Positions 18,966 through 28,994 of a stretch of 53,226 bases of DNA are shown here, piece by piece. Position 1 is the first letter of the stretch. Each line of letters starts with the position of its first letter. The notes below the pieces were generated by a model. It was not told where the DNA came from. It was given only the letters and a program-made list of their open reading frames with translations, and did not search any database. Origin of the DNA: Candidatus Brocadiia bacterium (lineage in GTDB: Bacteria > Planctomycetota > Brocadiia > CAIUPP01); NCBI GenBank assembly GCA_050015075.1, contig JBEKCB010000035.1:1-53226 (forward strand). Reading direction: 5' to 3'. The position numbers were made by a program, and so were the translations under genes.

Positions 18966-19464
18966 CGTTCTCCCTCCTCGTTATTCAGTGGCTCACCGCC
19001 GGGACCGGTTATCAACGTTATCCGCCCAAGCTGTTCGCCCGAATCTGCCGCTCCCGTGATCTTCAACTCCGGACCGCCCGGCGAAGCTTCGTAAGGCGCT
19101 CCACTTTTTATCTCCCTACAAATATAGTCCCGCAGCATTCCGACTTTCTTCCATGTGCTCCTTCGGAAAGTCAAAATTATCAAGAGCGGATATGCGGAGA
19201 TTTTTCGCAGCTTGAGACTCACGTGCGACACCGGAGCGTCAGGGGCGGGAATACGGGTAGCGTTCGCGCGAACCTGCGGTTGGGACACAAAACCTTCGTC
19301 GGCATCAACAAGCACTTCGAGGGATGTGCCCCTCTGACGGCGACGAGCTTCTTGAAGATGGTCGGTGGTCAGTAATAGTGTGTCGTGGCGACCGGGCGCG
19401 GTATCGGCTCATTGCCGACGAGTCGCTGAGTCGCCCGATTCACCGGCGACGAGCGCCATTCTCA

Positions 19465-19644
19465 CTACTTCCCGAAAACCTTTTTGACCTGACCGACCTT
19501 TTTCTGAATTTTGCCGGCTCTCTTTTCATCCCTGCCTTCGGCTTCCAACTTTGGATTATCACTGAGTGCCCCGGCAATCTCTTTGACCTTACCCTTTACT
19601 TTGTGAAACGTGCCTTCCGCCTTGTCCTGCCTCCCGGATTTCAT
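19465..19644 (-). CDS. CsbD family general stress protein (59 aa, below the ORF-track cutoff)
   Basis: Manual translation MKSGRQDKAEGTFHKVKGKVKEIAGALSDNPKLEAEGRDEKRAGKIQKKVGQVKKVFGK; GAGGAGGAG RBS. Confidence 0.88.
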   Translation of the reverse strand: MKSGRQDKAEGTFHKVKGKVKEIAGALSDNPKLEAEGRDEKRAGKIQKKVGQVKKVFGK

Positions 19645-20077
19645 GATACTCCTCCTCTATAAACCGAGATTTCCCATTTGACCGTCCCCCAAGGACAGTC
19701 GGCCTTCAAACCTGAGATTACACGGTCGAATTGCTCTCCGTCAAGTAGTTTTTGGCGGTCTGCCGGCCTTCAAAAGCGTTCCATGACCTTAGGCGAGGCT
19801 TGTAACAGGGCCGATGGCAACGTTCCAGAAAAACCTGCCCTCCGGCCTGACGTTATAATGGCGTTGGAGCATCGTGGCGTGGGTCAAATTCGAGGGGTAC
19901 TGAGGGCCCGACAACACCTGGCGCGGACCCGGGCCCAGGCGCGGGGGCAGTAGCAGAGCGACCGCAGATATCCTCTCCCAGCCGGAAAAGCTCACACTCT
20001 CTGATCAGCCGCAGAAGGACATCGCCAAGGCCGAACAGAGGCCGCCGAAACTGGCCACGCAGCAGGTTCCCTGTCGC

Positions 20078-21526
20078 CTATCTGCCGCGGTCTTCCTTCA
20101 GTCGCCCCAAGATCTCCAGCGACCGGGCGATAATGCGTTGCCCCGTCCACGGCCGGGCGCGGATGCTTCCCAGGGGCGCCCCCGGCGGGTCGCTCTCCGG
20201 TCCGGGGCCGCGCATCACCTCATACGAGCCCTGCTCGAAGGCGAGCGGCGGCGGGGCGTAGCCCTCGCGCGAGCCGTTGTAACCCATGAGAAACGTGTGG
20301 GCGAAGGGGCTCCGCGCGAGCAGGTCCAGGCCGAGCGAGACGAAGAGTTCCCCGGGCATGGACAGGAACGCGATGTCGCCCAGGGCGATGGCGTTGAGAA
20401 TCGTCAGGCGATAGCTGCCGGAGGTCTCCTGCGCCTCGGAGGAGTAGTACTCGCTGCGGAGTTCCGCCGGGCGCCGGAAGCCGGCCTTCGGAATCGCCGG
20501 GAGGACAGAGCGGATGAACCGGTCGCCCAGCAGTTCGGCGCTCTCCCGGAACCAGCCGACCTGCTGCGGCTCGTAGTCAGGCATGGGGTGGACACCGTGC
20601 AGGTCGTTGTCGCCGCCGGTGGAGTTGGCGTGCAAGGCGACGGCGCCGGGGCAGGCCGCCTCCATGCGCCGCTTGAGGGCCCCGGGGAATTCGCCGCTGA
20701 AGTAGGGCAGCTCGTACAGGTGCGGGTGGGTGGCGTAGCTGGTGAGGATGGCGAAGGGGGCCTTCTGCCCCACCTCGCGAACGGCGAGGATGTCCACCCG
20801 CGTGCTGTTCGGGCCGGCCGGGGCAACCGCCTTGTGGCCAAAGGGGATCATCGGCCCCGCGCCCCAGCAGTTCACGCACGTCCCGTTGGACAGGAGCATC
20901 CGGCGGTTCAGGCCGACGGGCTCGGCCAGGTGGACCGTCGAGGCGGCGATCTCGGCGGGGCGGAGCAAGGCCTGGGCTTTCGCGCAGGCCTCCGCGAAGC
21001 CGTCCAGGATCTTCTGGTTCGCCTTGCGGAGGGCCGCCTTGGCCTGAGGCGAGGAGTCGTACACATCGGGCGAACTGCAATGGTTGTGCACCGCGCTGAG
21101 GAGGATCCGATGCTCCGGGCAGCCGCAACGGCGGGCAATCTGCCGCTGAATCTCCTTCGCCCCGCCGCCGCCGGCCGGGAAGGTCCGCGGAGTGACCGAG
21201 TGGCCCGAGGGCCCGCTCTCTTCCGGGGCGCCCTGCTCCATCGGGATGGTTCGGAGATCGCTCGTCATGACGAAGGCCAGCTCGCCGCCCGCGGAGATCG
21301 CCATCGCCTCCACGCGCAGGGGGTCCAGCACGCCGCGAGTCCGCACGCGGCGGCCCATGCCCGTCGGCGTCAGAAGCTCCGGATGCGGTGGGGAGATGTC
21401 GGCCGTCCCCACGCCGATCAAGAGTGCCTGGGGCGCGCCGCCCGCGCGGTCCACGGACGATCGGCCTGCGGCGGAGCCGACCGCACCGCGCCGCTGACCG
21501 AGTTCTGCAAGGGCCTTGGGCTTCAT
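20078..21526 (-). CDS. Neutral/alkaline ceramidase-family hydrolase
   Basis: GVGTADISP, GVLDPL, SAVHNHCSSP, NRR, YATHP, SGEFPG, PGELF, GSYE; start MKPKA overlaps the upstream stop (ATGA). Confidence 0.72.
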   Translation of the reverse strand: MKPKALAELGQRRGAVGSAAGRSSVDRAGGAPQALLIGVGTADISPPHPELLTPTGMGRRVRTRGVLDPLRVEAMAISAGGELAFVMTSDLRTIPMEQGAPEESGPSGHSVTPRTFPAGGGGAKEIQRQIARRCGCPEHRILLSAVHNHCSSPDVYDSSPQAKAALRKANQKILDGFAEACAKAQALLRPAEIAASTVHLAEPVGLNRRMLLSNGTCVNCWGAGPMIPFGHKAVAPAGPNSTRVDILAVREVGQKAPFAILTSYATHPHLYELPYFSGEFPGALKRRMEAACPGAVALHANSTGGDNDLHGVHPMPDYEPQQVGWFRESAELLGDRFIRSVLPAIPKAGFRRPAELRSEYYSSEAQETSGSYRLTILNAIALGDIAFLSMPGELFVSLGLDLLARSPFAHTFLMGYNGSREGYAPPPLAFEQGSYEVMRGPGPESDPPGAPLGSIRARPWTGQRIIARSLEILGRLKEDRGR

Positions 21527-22539
21527 GCGCGCGCTCCTTCTCGGACGGCGAGGTACCTCGCCACGGACAATCGGACCCGCGGATTGCGGTCCTTCACGCA
21601 CTTGGCGACGGCCTTCGTGTCGCCGCCAAGCCGGTCCATCGCCTCGATCGCCGCCTGGCGGACGCAGGGGTCGGAGTGTCCCAGGCGTTTCCGGACAACC
21701 GGGGCGTGCTCGCGCCGGCCGGCCGCTCCCAGCGACTCCAGGGCGACGGCCAGGTCGAACGGGTTGCGAAGCTTCCCGCACGCGGCGGCGATCGGCTGGA
21801 TCCAGCCGATCTTCCCCGCCCGGGCCAGCGCCAGGGATGCCTTGATCTTCACGAAATCCGTCAGGTCCTTCCTGGCCATCTCCTTGACGAAGAGCACGTC
21901 CTCGTCCGGCGCCGCCTGGGCCAGGAGGCTGAGGGCGGCCTGGCCGCGAACGTAGCGGCTGGCGGATCTGGCCATGTCGCGCAGTCTCGGCCGAGCCTCG
22001 GCGGGCGGCAGCAGGCCCAGCGCCTCGGCGACCATGGCCGCGGTGCATGGGTTGGTGAAGCGAGTCGTGCCGGGCCCGACCTGAGCGAGGGTCTGGGCCG
22101 TGATGCGGCCCTTGAGTTCCCTGGCCGCGCGAGGCTTCTCCGGCAGGCGAAGAATGGCCGGGGCAAACCAGGCGAAGAAGACGTCGTCCTGCTTGTCAGC
22201 CAGTTCGGCGAGATAGGCGGCTCCCGTCTCGTCGCCGAGCGTCAGCAGGGCTACCGCCGCGGCGGCCCGCACGCTCCGATGACAGTACCAGTACCAGTCG
22301 TCGGGGACGTTGGGCCACTCCACCAGCCGCTGCAGGGCGGGGCAGGCGCTCGCGTCACGGATGCGAGCCAGCGCTTCTATGCCGGCCACCTTGGCGTAAT
22401 TGCGACACTCCACGACATACTTCACCAGAGGCGGGACGGCCTCGCGGCGGCCGATCTCTCCCAGGAAGCGGGCGGCGTCGGCCTGTTCGAGGCAGTCCTC
22501 GGACAGGAGCGCCGCGATCAGGGTGTCCATCGGTTGCAT
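21523..22539 (-). CDS. HEAT/PBS-lyase repeat protein
   Basis: Repeated AA..LGEIG..EAV..L, VRAAAAVAL, VRGQAALSL, DPCVRQAAIEAM and NPRVR units. Start uncertain (22581 or 22539). Confidence 0.8.
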   Translation of the reverse strand: MQPMDTLIAALLSEDCLEQADAARFLGEIGRREAVPPLVKYVVECRNYAKVAGIEALARIRDASACPALQRLVEWPNVPDDWYWYCHRSVRAAAAVALLTLGDETGAAYLAELADKQDDVFFAWFAPAILRLPEKPRAARELKGRITAQTLAQVGPGTTRFTNPCTAAMVAEALGLLPPAEARPRLRDMARSASRYVRGQAALSLLAQAAPDEDVLFVKEMARKDLTDFVKIKASLALARAGKIGWIQPIAAACGKLRNPFDLAVALESLGAAGRREHAPVVRKRLGHSDPCVRQAAIEAMDRLGGDTKAVAKCVKDRNPRVRLSVARYLAVREGARA

Positions 22540-22800
22540 GTCCAGCGTCGTGCTCCTTACCGGCGAGCCGGAGTTTCCCATTGGCCCGCGCTCTCAAGCG
22601 CCGCGCGCCCCAAGGAACGATATTGTACGCTCGAAATGGCCGGTGTCAATCTGCAACTGTCACCCTTCGTCGTTTCGCGCCCGAACGTGAAACGGCAGCG
22701 CAGCGATTGCGTTTCCTCTGACACCCGGTTATCGTGTTTCCTTAATCTGTTGGAGAGCACATTAGCCGCGCCGACGGCTGCGCGGCTGGTGCATCAATAG

Positions 22801-22825
22801 AAAATGCGCGCCGAGCGCGCATTTT
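22801..22825. terminator. Perfect 10-bp hairpin with A/T tails just upstream of the next gene
   Basis: AAAATGCGCG-CCGAG-CGCGCATTTT, ending a few nt before the AGGAG RBS of the gene at 22838. Confidence 0.45.
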
Positions 22826-22837
22826 CTTAGGAGACCC

Positions 22838-24562
22838 ATGAGAAACTTGCCGTTCTATTCCGTTGCTCTTTTCACTCTCGGTAGCGTCCTGGCATCCTGC
22901 GCATCCGGCGCCTCCCCACAGTCCCGGGCATCTTCGGAAGAGCTTGCGGCGGCGCTGAAGCCGCGCTTGAGGAAGTCCATGCAGTTCAACTTCCCGTCCC
23001 TCAAAAAGGACTTCCCCATCAACATCTACTTCGCGGACGAGACCACGGGCGCCGAGCCGCGGGAGGTCATCATCTATGTTAGGAACCGGGCCTGGGAACG
23101 GGTCGGCCAGGAAGGCGATCTCTCCATCCTGAAGGATTACATCGAGAAGAAGTTCATCGTCATGACGCTGGACTTCGGCGATGAGCCCAACGCCGTCTCC
23201 CCCTTTATTGACGACGACATCAATCTGGTCTACCGGGCCGCATTCGGGTATCAGACGCCGTCCGTCCTTCGGGCTATCAAGCTGGAGCCCAAGGCCGCCC
23301 GCTGCTTCATCCTGCCGGAGGGATACCGCGTCGCCACCGACCTGACCTACTGGGAGATCGACAAGCACGGCGTCTATGGCACGCTCGAGTACATCATGAA
23401 GACCTACAACGAGGAGATCGTCCCGAAGGTGCCCGGGATGAAGCCCGCCCGGAAGCCTTCCGACATGGTGGACCGCGACGGCAAGCCTTTCGATTACCGA
23501 ATCCAGATGGACATCATCTATCCCTCTCAGGCAAAGAGGAAGTGCCCCGCCTTCGTGTATTCGGAAACGGACGCCGGCCGCGACACGCACCACCGATACC
23601 TGTTCCAGATGCGCGGGTACGTGTACGTCGTCATGGGCCACTGCTTCAACCCCTGCGTGTTGCACTACGGGGATATCGGCCCGTTCACTCTCGATCACTG
23701 GAACGGCTTGGCCTGCTATACCGCCGCCATGCGGTACCTCTGCAAGTACGCCGACCAGTACAACATCAACACGGACCACGTCGGAATGATGGGGCTCTCC
23801 AAGGGCCAGTACGCCGTCACGCGGCTGTCCGACCCCAACAACGCGCTCACCAGGGAGGCGCACACGTTCAATGAGATCGAGGGGCTCGGGAAGTTCCCGG
23901 ACGGCACGTACGAGCCCCAGCCGTGGCAGGGCTACCCGTCGCGAATCCATTGCGGCTGGCAGGGGATGGGCGCGGGCCTGTGGTGCGGGCGGTACGTCAC
24001 CCCCGATTACGTGCCCACCATCCTGGCGTGCGGGGCGAACGACCGCGACGTCATCACGAAGGAAGGGACTCCGGCCTTCCTCAAGGCGCTCGACAAACTG
24101 GACGTGAACCACGTCTACCTCTTCATGGAGGGCCTGGGGCATTCGCTCTCCCTGGGATACGACAAGAGGCTGGGCGTGGACCGCTACCGGCTCGTGAACG
24201 ATTTCTTCGACCGATATCTCAAGGTCGAGGACAAGCTGCCGCCGGTCGTGCTGATCGCGACGCCGCGCGACGGCGCGGAAGGCGTGGAGCCGTCAGCCGA
24301 GATCTGGGTCCAGTTCGCGCCGGTGGTTGACGAGAAGACCATCCTCGCCGGCGAGGGCATCCGGGTCGTGAAGTTATCCGACGCTCAGGAAGTCAAAGGG
24401 ACATGGAAGGTGTCCCACGGCGGCACGATGTTCTCCTTTGTCCCGGACCAGCCGTTGGAGAAGGGCACGCAGTATGAGATCTCGGTCACGACGGCCGTGA
24501 AGGACAAGGCCGGGACCCCTCTGGCTACCGCCAGGAAGCCCCGCTTCAAGACGGCGGACTGA
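22838..24562 (+). CDS. Putative lipoprotein alpha/beta hydrolase with C-terminal Ig-like (Big_5) domain
   Basis: Signal peptide with LASC lipobox; GLSKG nucleophile elbow, GANDRD, GLGH; C-terminal P.DGAEGVE...F.P.QPLEKGTQY...F.T. Confidence 0.7.
   Translation: MRNLPFYSVALFTLGSVLASCASGASPQSRASSEELAAALKPRLRKSMQFNFPSLKKDFPINIYFADETTGAEPREVIIYVRNRAWERVGQEGDLSILKDYIEKKFIVMTLDFGDEPNAVSPFIDDDINLVYRAAFGYQTPSVLRAIKLEPKAARCFILPEGYRVATDLTYWEIDKHGVYGTLEYIMKTYNEEIVPKVPGMKPARKPSDMVDRDGKPFDYRIQMDIIYPSQAKRKCPAFVYSETDAGRDTHHRYLFQMRGYVYVVMGHCFNPCVLHYGDIGPFTLDHWNGLACYTAAMRYLCKYADQYNINTDHVGMMGLSKGQYAVTRLSDPNNALTREAHTFNEIEGLGKFPDGTYEPQPWQGYPSRIHCGWQGMGAGLWCGRYVTPDYVPTILACGANDRDVITKEGTPAFLKALDKLDVNHVYLFMEGLGHSLSLGYDKRLGVDRYRLVNDFFDRYLKVEDKLPPVVLIATPRDGAEGVEPSAEIWVQFAPVVDEKTILAGEGIRVVKLSDAQEVKGTWKVSHGGTMFSFVPDQPLEKGTQYEISVTTAVKDKAGTPLATARKPRFKTAD
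24210..24324 (+). repeat. 115-bp direct repeat, copy 1 (inside the hydrolase gene)
   Basis: 110/115 identical to 25667-25781. Confidence 0.95.
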
Positions 24563-24584
24563 GCGCATTCAGGAGGACAGGCAA

Positions 24585-25652
24585 ATGGCCAAGAAGAGCG
24601 CGAAGCGGCGGACTTCCGAAGTCAACACGTATCTGTCCCGCGCGACGGAGCAGCGGCCGAGGCAGACGGAGGCGTCGCTGCTGGCGTTTCCGGACGGTCG
24701 GCTGCTCGCGGCGTACTCGGACTTCTACGGCGGAGTGAACCTGGACGAGGCGCCGGCGCAGATCGTAGGCCGGTGGTCGAAGGATGAGGGCGAGACGTGG
24801 AGCGAACCGCAGGTCCTCCAGGAGAACATCGGCAGACTCAACTGCATGTCGGCCTCGATGCTGCAACTGCCGAGCGGCAGGATACTGCTCGCCTTCGGCC
24901 GCAAGGACGCCCAGCCGACGCTCCTGCACGCGATGGTCAAGTTCTCGGATGACGAGGGGAAGACCTGGAGCGCCCCCAAGGACATCACGCGCGGCGACCG
25001 GTACTGGTGCATCACGAACGACAGGCTCGTGCGGTTGTCTTCCGGGCGGATTCTCTACCCGCTGGAGTCAGGGCTGGAGTCGGAGTGCTCCGTCTGGTAC
25101 TCCGATGACGACGGCGGGAGCTGGCAAATGAGCGCAGGCAACATCACGGCTGCCAAGCCCCTCGCTTACGCCGAGCCGACGGTGGTGGAGTTGAAGAGGG
25201 GCCGCGTCGCCATGTATATCCGAACGACCAGCGGCAACATCCACATCGCACTGAGCGAGGACGGCGGGGTGAACTGGCGGATGCATAAGTCCGCGCCGCC
25301 GGACATGGCCGGCCGGCCGGATGCCGGTCCCAACGCCGCCTACTCGCCCTGCATGGTCAAGCGAATCCCCTCGACCGGCGACCTGCTGCTCGTATGGAAC
25401 AACAACCGCGTGCGGACGCCGCTGACGGCGGCCGTCAGCAGCGACGAGGGCGAGACGTGGCGGCACTTCCGCAACCTGGAGGAGATGGACGGCTGGCCGC
25501 CGAAACTCACCCACACCTACCCCTCGATCACCTTCTTCAAGGACAACGTCCACGTGACGTACTGGGAGGCGCACAAGCTCTCTCCGACGAAGTTCCTCAT
25601 GCACCTGAAGTACAGGCGGCTGGCCGTGGGGTGGTTCTACGAGAGGCCGTAG
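24585..25652 (+). CDS. Sialidase-like BNR/Asp-box beta-propeller protein
   Basis: Five Asp boxes: SKDEGETW, SDDEGKTW, SDDDGGSW, SEDGGVNW, SSDEGETW; AEP, RTPL and TYP motifs. Confidence 0.85.
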   Translation: MAKKSAKRRTSEVNTYLSRATEQRPRQTEASLLAFPDGRLLAAYSDFYGGVNLDEAPAQIVGRWSKDEGETWSEPQVLQENIGRLNCMSASMLQLPSGRILLAFGRKDAQPTLLHAMVKFSDDEGKTWSAPKDITRGDRYWCITNDRLVRLSSGRILYPLESGLESECSVWYSDDDGGSWQMSAGNITAAKPLAYAEPTVVELKRGRVAMYIRTTSGNIHIALSEDGGVNWRMHKSAPPDMAGRPDAGPNAAYSPCMVKRIPSTGDLLLVWNNNRVRTPLTAAVSSDEGETWRHFRNLEEMDGWPPKLTHTYPSITFFKDNVHVTYWEAHKLSPTKFLMHLKYRRLAVGWFYERP

Positions 25653-25666
25653 AGCAGGCGGTGCCC

Positions 25667-25781
25667 ACCGATATCTCAAGGTCGAGGACAAGCTCCCGCC
25701 GGTGTTGCTGATCGCGACGCCGCGCGACGGCGCGGAAGGCGTGGAACCGTCAGCCGAGATCTGGGTTCAGTTCGCGCCGGT
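25667..25781 (+). repeat. 115-bp direct repeat, copy 2 (intergenic gene fragment)
   Basis: 110/115 identical to 24210-24324. Confidence 0.95.
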
Positions 25782-26041
25782 AGCGGGAAAGCCAGTTGGA
25801 ACAGGCCCGCTGCGGATCCTTCTGTCTTCCACTGACGGCCACGGCTTTATGTCACGTATGGGCTTCAGGCGCTGCAAGTTCTAAAAATGGCATTGTCAAG
25901 GGGTTTGCCTGTCAGCCGCAGCATCTCAAACCAACTTCGCGTTTCAGCCCGGCCGTCCGCTCAATCCTGGCTTGCTCTAAATGCGGGGCGGCGGCCCTTA
26001 AGGGGATGGTGTGCGCGCCTTATGGTATTTGTTGCCCCAGG

Positions 26042-26854
26042 TCATTTCCATCTCATGATCCTGGCCAGGTTGCCGCCCAGGATCGCCTCGCGTTCCTTCT
26101 TGTCCGGGAAGGCGCGTTCCAGCACGTAGAAGAAATTTCCGTACAGGTTGCCGTGGTCCCGCGAGAAGTGGTCCGAGCCGAAAACGATCTTTTCCACCCC
26201 CACGTTCCGCGCCACGCCCCGCAGGTGCGCGTCGTCAATGGTGGTCATGGCCGTGTCGGCGTACAGGTTGGCGTGGCGTTTGAGCGGATCGTACGACGGG
26301 AAATAAAGGTTCTGGAACCCCGCGCCGTGGGCGATGATGATGGGCACGTCCGGATGCGCGGCCGCCAGCGTGCCGAACTGGTCGGGCATGCAGCCGATGG
26401 TGGTCATGCCGTGCGACAGGATGGGGATCTTCCGTTTCTTTTTTTTCTGCAGTCGGGAGAGCGTGCGCATGAACTCGCTGCCGGCCAGGCAATCAATCGG
26501 GAAGCAGTGGTTCTCCGGATGGAGCTTCAGCCCCTGCAGCCCCAGCTCGTCCACGCAGCGCACCAGTTCCTGGACGGAGATGTTGGGGATGCCCAGCTCC
26601 AGGTCGCCTGTGTAGCGCGGGTTGATGCACGCGAACCCGGTCAGGCGTTCCGGGTACTTGGCCTGCATGTCGGCGATGTAGTCGTTGGTATTGTAGTAAT
26701 TGTCCTTGCGCGGCAGGGTCCAGGCCCAGGGATGGTTGAAGATCACCGCCCGGTCCACCCCGGCTGCGTCCATCATTTTCAAAAGGTCCTCGGCCAGGCA
26801 GTACGAGCCGACGTGGCAGTGCGCGTCAACGACCGGAGCGGATGATCGTGGCAT
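26042..26854 (-). CDS. Amidohydrolase family protein (Amidohydro_2)
   Basis: VDAHCH, GLKLHP, IIAHG, YADTA, IVFGSD, ILGGN. Confidence 0.9.
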   Translation of the reverse strand: MPRSSAPVVDAHCHVGSYCLAEDLLKMMDAAGVDRAVIFNHPWAWTLPRKDNYYNTNDYIADMQAKYPERLTGFACINPRYTGDLELGIPNISVQELVRCVDELGLQGLKLHPENHCFPIDCLAGSEFMRTLSRLQKKKKRKIPILSHGMTTIGCMPDQFGTLAAAHPDVPIIIAHGAGFQNLYFPSYDPLKRHANLYADTAMTTIDDAHLRGVARNVGVEKIVFGSDHFSRDHGNLYGNFFYVLERAFPDKKEREAILGGNLARIMRWK

Positions 26855-26960
26855 GGTTATGCGCCTCCGTTTTTTCCCTGGTTCCGAGAAGCTGAAGCGG
26901 TCCTTGGCCAGGGTGTGCCGCAGGGTGTGCTCGAAGTGCTCCCGGAGCGTAGATGCGTCC

Positions 26961-27000
26961 TGGCCGGCAGGATTTGAACCTGCGCCCTTTGGGTTATGAG
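26961..27000 (-). mobile_element. Partial, degenerate tRNA-fMet 3' half; att-site remnant, not a functional tRNA
   Basis: Minus strand reads CTCATAACCCAAAGGGCGCAGGTTCAAATCCTGCCGGCCA: CAT anticodon loop and T-arm present, 5' half missing. Confidence 0.75.
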
Positions 27001-27455
27001 CGGCTTTCGCTCAATTCCCTGCGTCTCATCACACGTCAGAACTTACGTCAACGTCTCGACTTCCATCGAGAGCCTGCCACGTCTATATACATTAATTCGG
27101 CCATATTTTCAAGCTGGCAGGGTACAAAACAGGGAACAGTATTAGAGCCTGGCCAGGGCCTGCCATGAACATCGTGCTCAACCCCGGCGGATTGACTATG
27201 CCGACTGCGTAAGTCCCCTATGTTGCCCGGCTGAGGAACGAGGGCGGAAGCGGTGAGAGAGCGGCAGATTCCCAGGCTTGCCTTATTTTCACTGAAGTAT
27301 CAGAATATCCGCATGTCCTGGCTGGGATGAACATTTCGTTTGTTCTTGTGTGTCTGGAAGGTGTAGAATACCCACATGCGGGTTTGCGCTGGTCGCGAAT
27401 CGTCGGTCATCCGGGAAATCCGGAATTACTGAACTTGGATTGCAGCGGGGTCGGC

Positions 27456-27905
27456 ATGCCTGACGGAAGCCCTCGGTACAGGCCGAATACTCCCAAGGTC
27501 ATCTACGAGACCTACGACGACGAAGTCGTCCTCATCAATATGGACAGCGGAAACTACTACAGCCTGAACCGGTCGGCGGGGCGAGCGTGGGCGAGCATCG
27601 AGCGGCGCATCACGGCGCAGGAAATCGCGCAGGACTTGCGCCGCGACTATGCCTGTGACGGCGCCCAAGTCGAGGAGGAAGTCCTCCGCTTCGTCAAGGA
27701 ATTGTGTCAGGAAGGTCTCATCGTGCCGGATGAAGAGGCGGCTCCCGCCTCTGCGGCGTCCGCGGCTGCGCCCGCCGCGCAGAGGCTGCCCTTTGACCCG
27801 CCCGTCCTCCAGAAGTTCAGCGACATGGCCGACCTGCTCCTGCTGGATCCCATTCACGAGGTGGACGAAAACGGCTGGCCCCACCAGCCGCCGCCCGGGA
27901 ACTGA
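27456..27905 (+). CDS. PqqD-family RiPP recognition element (RRE) fused to a leader/precursor-like C-terminal peptide
   Basis: DDEVVLINMDSGNYYSLN..A..AW...V.RFV.EL..EGLI RRE signature, Ala-rich linker, then FDPPVLQKFSDMADLLLLDPIHEVDENGWP. Confidence 0.85.
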   Translation: MPDGSPRYRPNTPKVIYETYDDEVVLINMDSGNYYSLNRSAGRAWASIERRITAQEIAQDLRRDYACDGAQVEEEVLRFVKELCQEGLIVPDEEAAPASAASAAAPAAQRLPFDPPVLQKFSDMADLLLLDPIHEVDENGWPHQPPPGN

Positions 27906-27908
27906 TCT

Positions 27909-28994
27909 ATGTCCGGCCTTCGCGCGGATCCATACTCGTCCGCTCCGGCTGCGAGCGTCGTTCCCGAGTCATTCTTCGAGACTCTTCGCGACACGTTCGA
28001 GCAAGCGGGCGCGCGGGCGGGATCGTCGGAGCGCTGGTTCACCATCGGCGGCGAGACCGTGAGGCTGCGCTTCGCCGGTCCGGCGCTGCAACCGCTGATC
28101 GTGCCGGCCCTGGAGCACCTGGCCGCCGGCCCTGCGGATGCGCCGGCGCTGACGGTCTGCTTCTGGGACAGCGCCTCGACGGACACACGCATGCCGGCCC
28201 CGCCGTGGCCGACCACGGCTTACGGCCAGCGCGGCGAGATCGCCGGCTACAATACGGAGCGCTTCCGCACCGTCTATCAGCACGGCGTCAACGCGCTCCA
28301 CATGTTCGATGCGCGCAGGCGCACCGCGCTCTACTGGGTGGCCAGGCCCGGCCAGATACCGTACTGGGAGCGCAGTTTCCCCATGCGCACGATCCTGCAC
28401 TGGTGGACGCAGGGGCGGGCGCTGCAGTTGATGCACGCCGGCGCGGTCGGCGGACCGTCGGGCGGAGCGCTGATCGCCGGCAAGAGCGGTTCGGGGAAGT
28501 CCACGACCACGCTCGCCTGCCTCGATGCCGGGATGATGTACGCCGGGGACGACTACGTCCTCGCTCGTGTTGAGCCCGAGCCGCTGGTCCATAGCCTCTA
28601 CGGCACGGCCAAACTCGCGCCGGACAACCTGCGCCGCTTCCCGCATCTACGGCGGTTCGTGAGCAATCCCGACAACCTGGAAAAAGAGAAGGCGATGATC
28701 TTTCTGAAGGACGTCTGCCCCGCGCAGTTGGCGCGGGGCTTTCCCATCCGCGCCCTCCTGCTCCCGCGCGTCACCGGCCTTCGCGACACGACGCTTCGGT
28801 GCGCCACGCCTATCGCCTGTCTCGAAGCCCTCGCCCCGACCACGATCCTACATCTTCCCGGCGCCAGCCATGACGCCTTCGGGAAAATATCCCTGCTTTC
28901 CAGGAGCGTCCCGGGATATATTCTCGATGCCGGCACGGACTTGGAGCAGATACCGCAGGTCATCCGGAGGCTTCTCGAAGAGGGACCGTCATGA
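27909..28994 (+). CDS. HPr kinase-related serine kinase
   Basis: MHAGAV, Walker A GKSGSGKST, GDDYV. Confidence 0.8.
   Translation: MSGLRADPYSSAPAASVVPESFFETLRDTFEQAGARAGSSERWFTIGGETVRLRFAGPALQPLIVPALEHLAAGPADAPALTVCFWDSASTDTRMPAPPWPTTAYGQRGEIAGYNTERFRTVYQHGVNALHMFDARRRTALYWVARPGQIPYWERSFPMRTILHWWTQGRALQLMHAGAVGGPSGGALIAGKSGSGKSTTTLACLDAGMMYAGDDYVLARVEPEPLVHSLYGTAKLAPDNLRRFPHLRRFVSNPDNLEKEKAMIFLKDVCPAQLARGFPIRALLLPRVTGLRDTTLRCATPIACLEALAPTTILHLPGASHDAFGKISLLSRSVPGYILDAGTDLEQIPQVIRRLLEEGPS

Noticed and set aside
25667-25781. Possible DGR template/variable repeat pair with 24210-24324
   Set aside because: Mismatches are not adenine-specific, are mostly synonymous, and no reverse transcriptase is present.
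26961-27000. Functional tRNA-Met gene
   Set aside because: The 5' half (acceptor 5' strand and D-arm) is missing; kept only as an att remnant.
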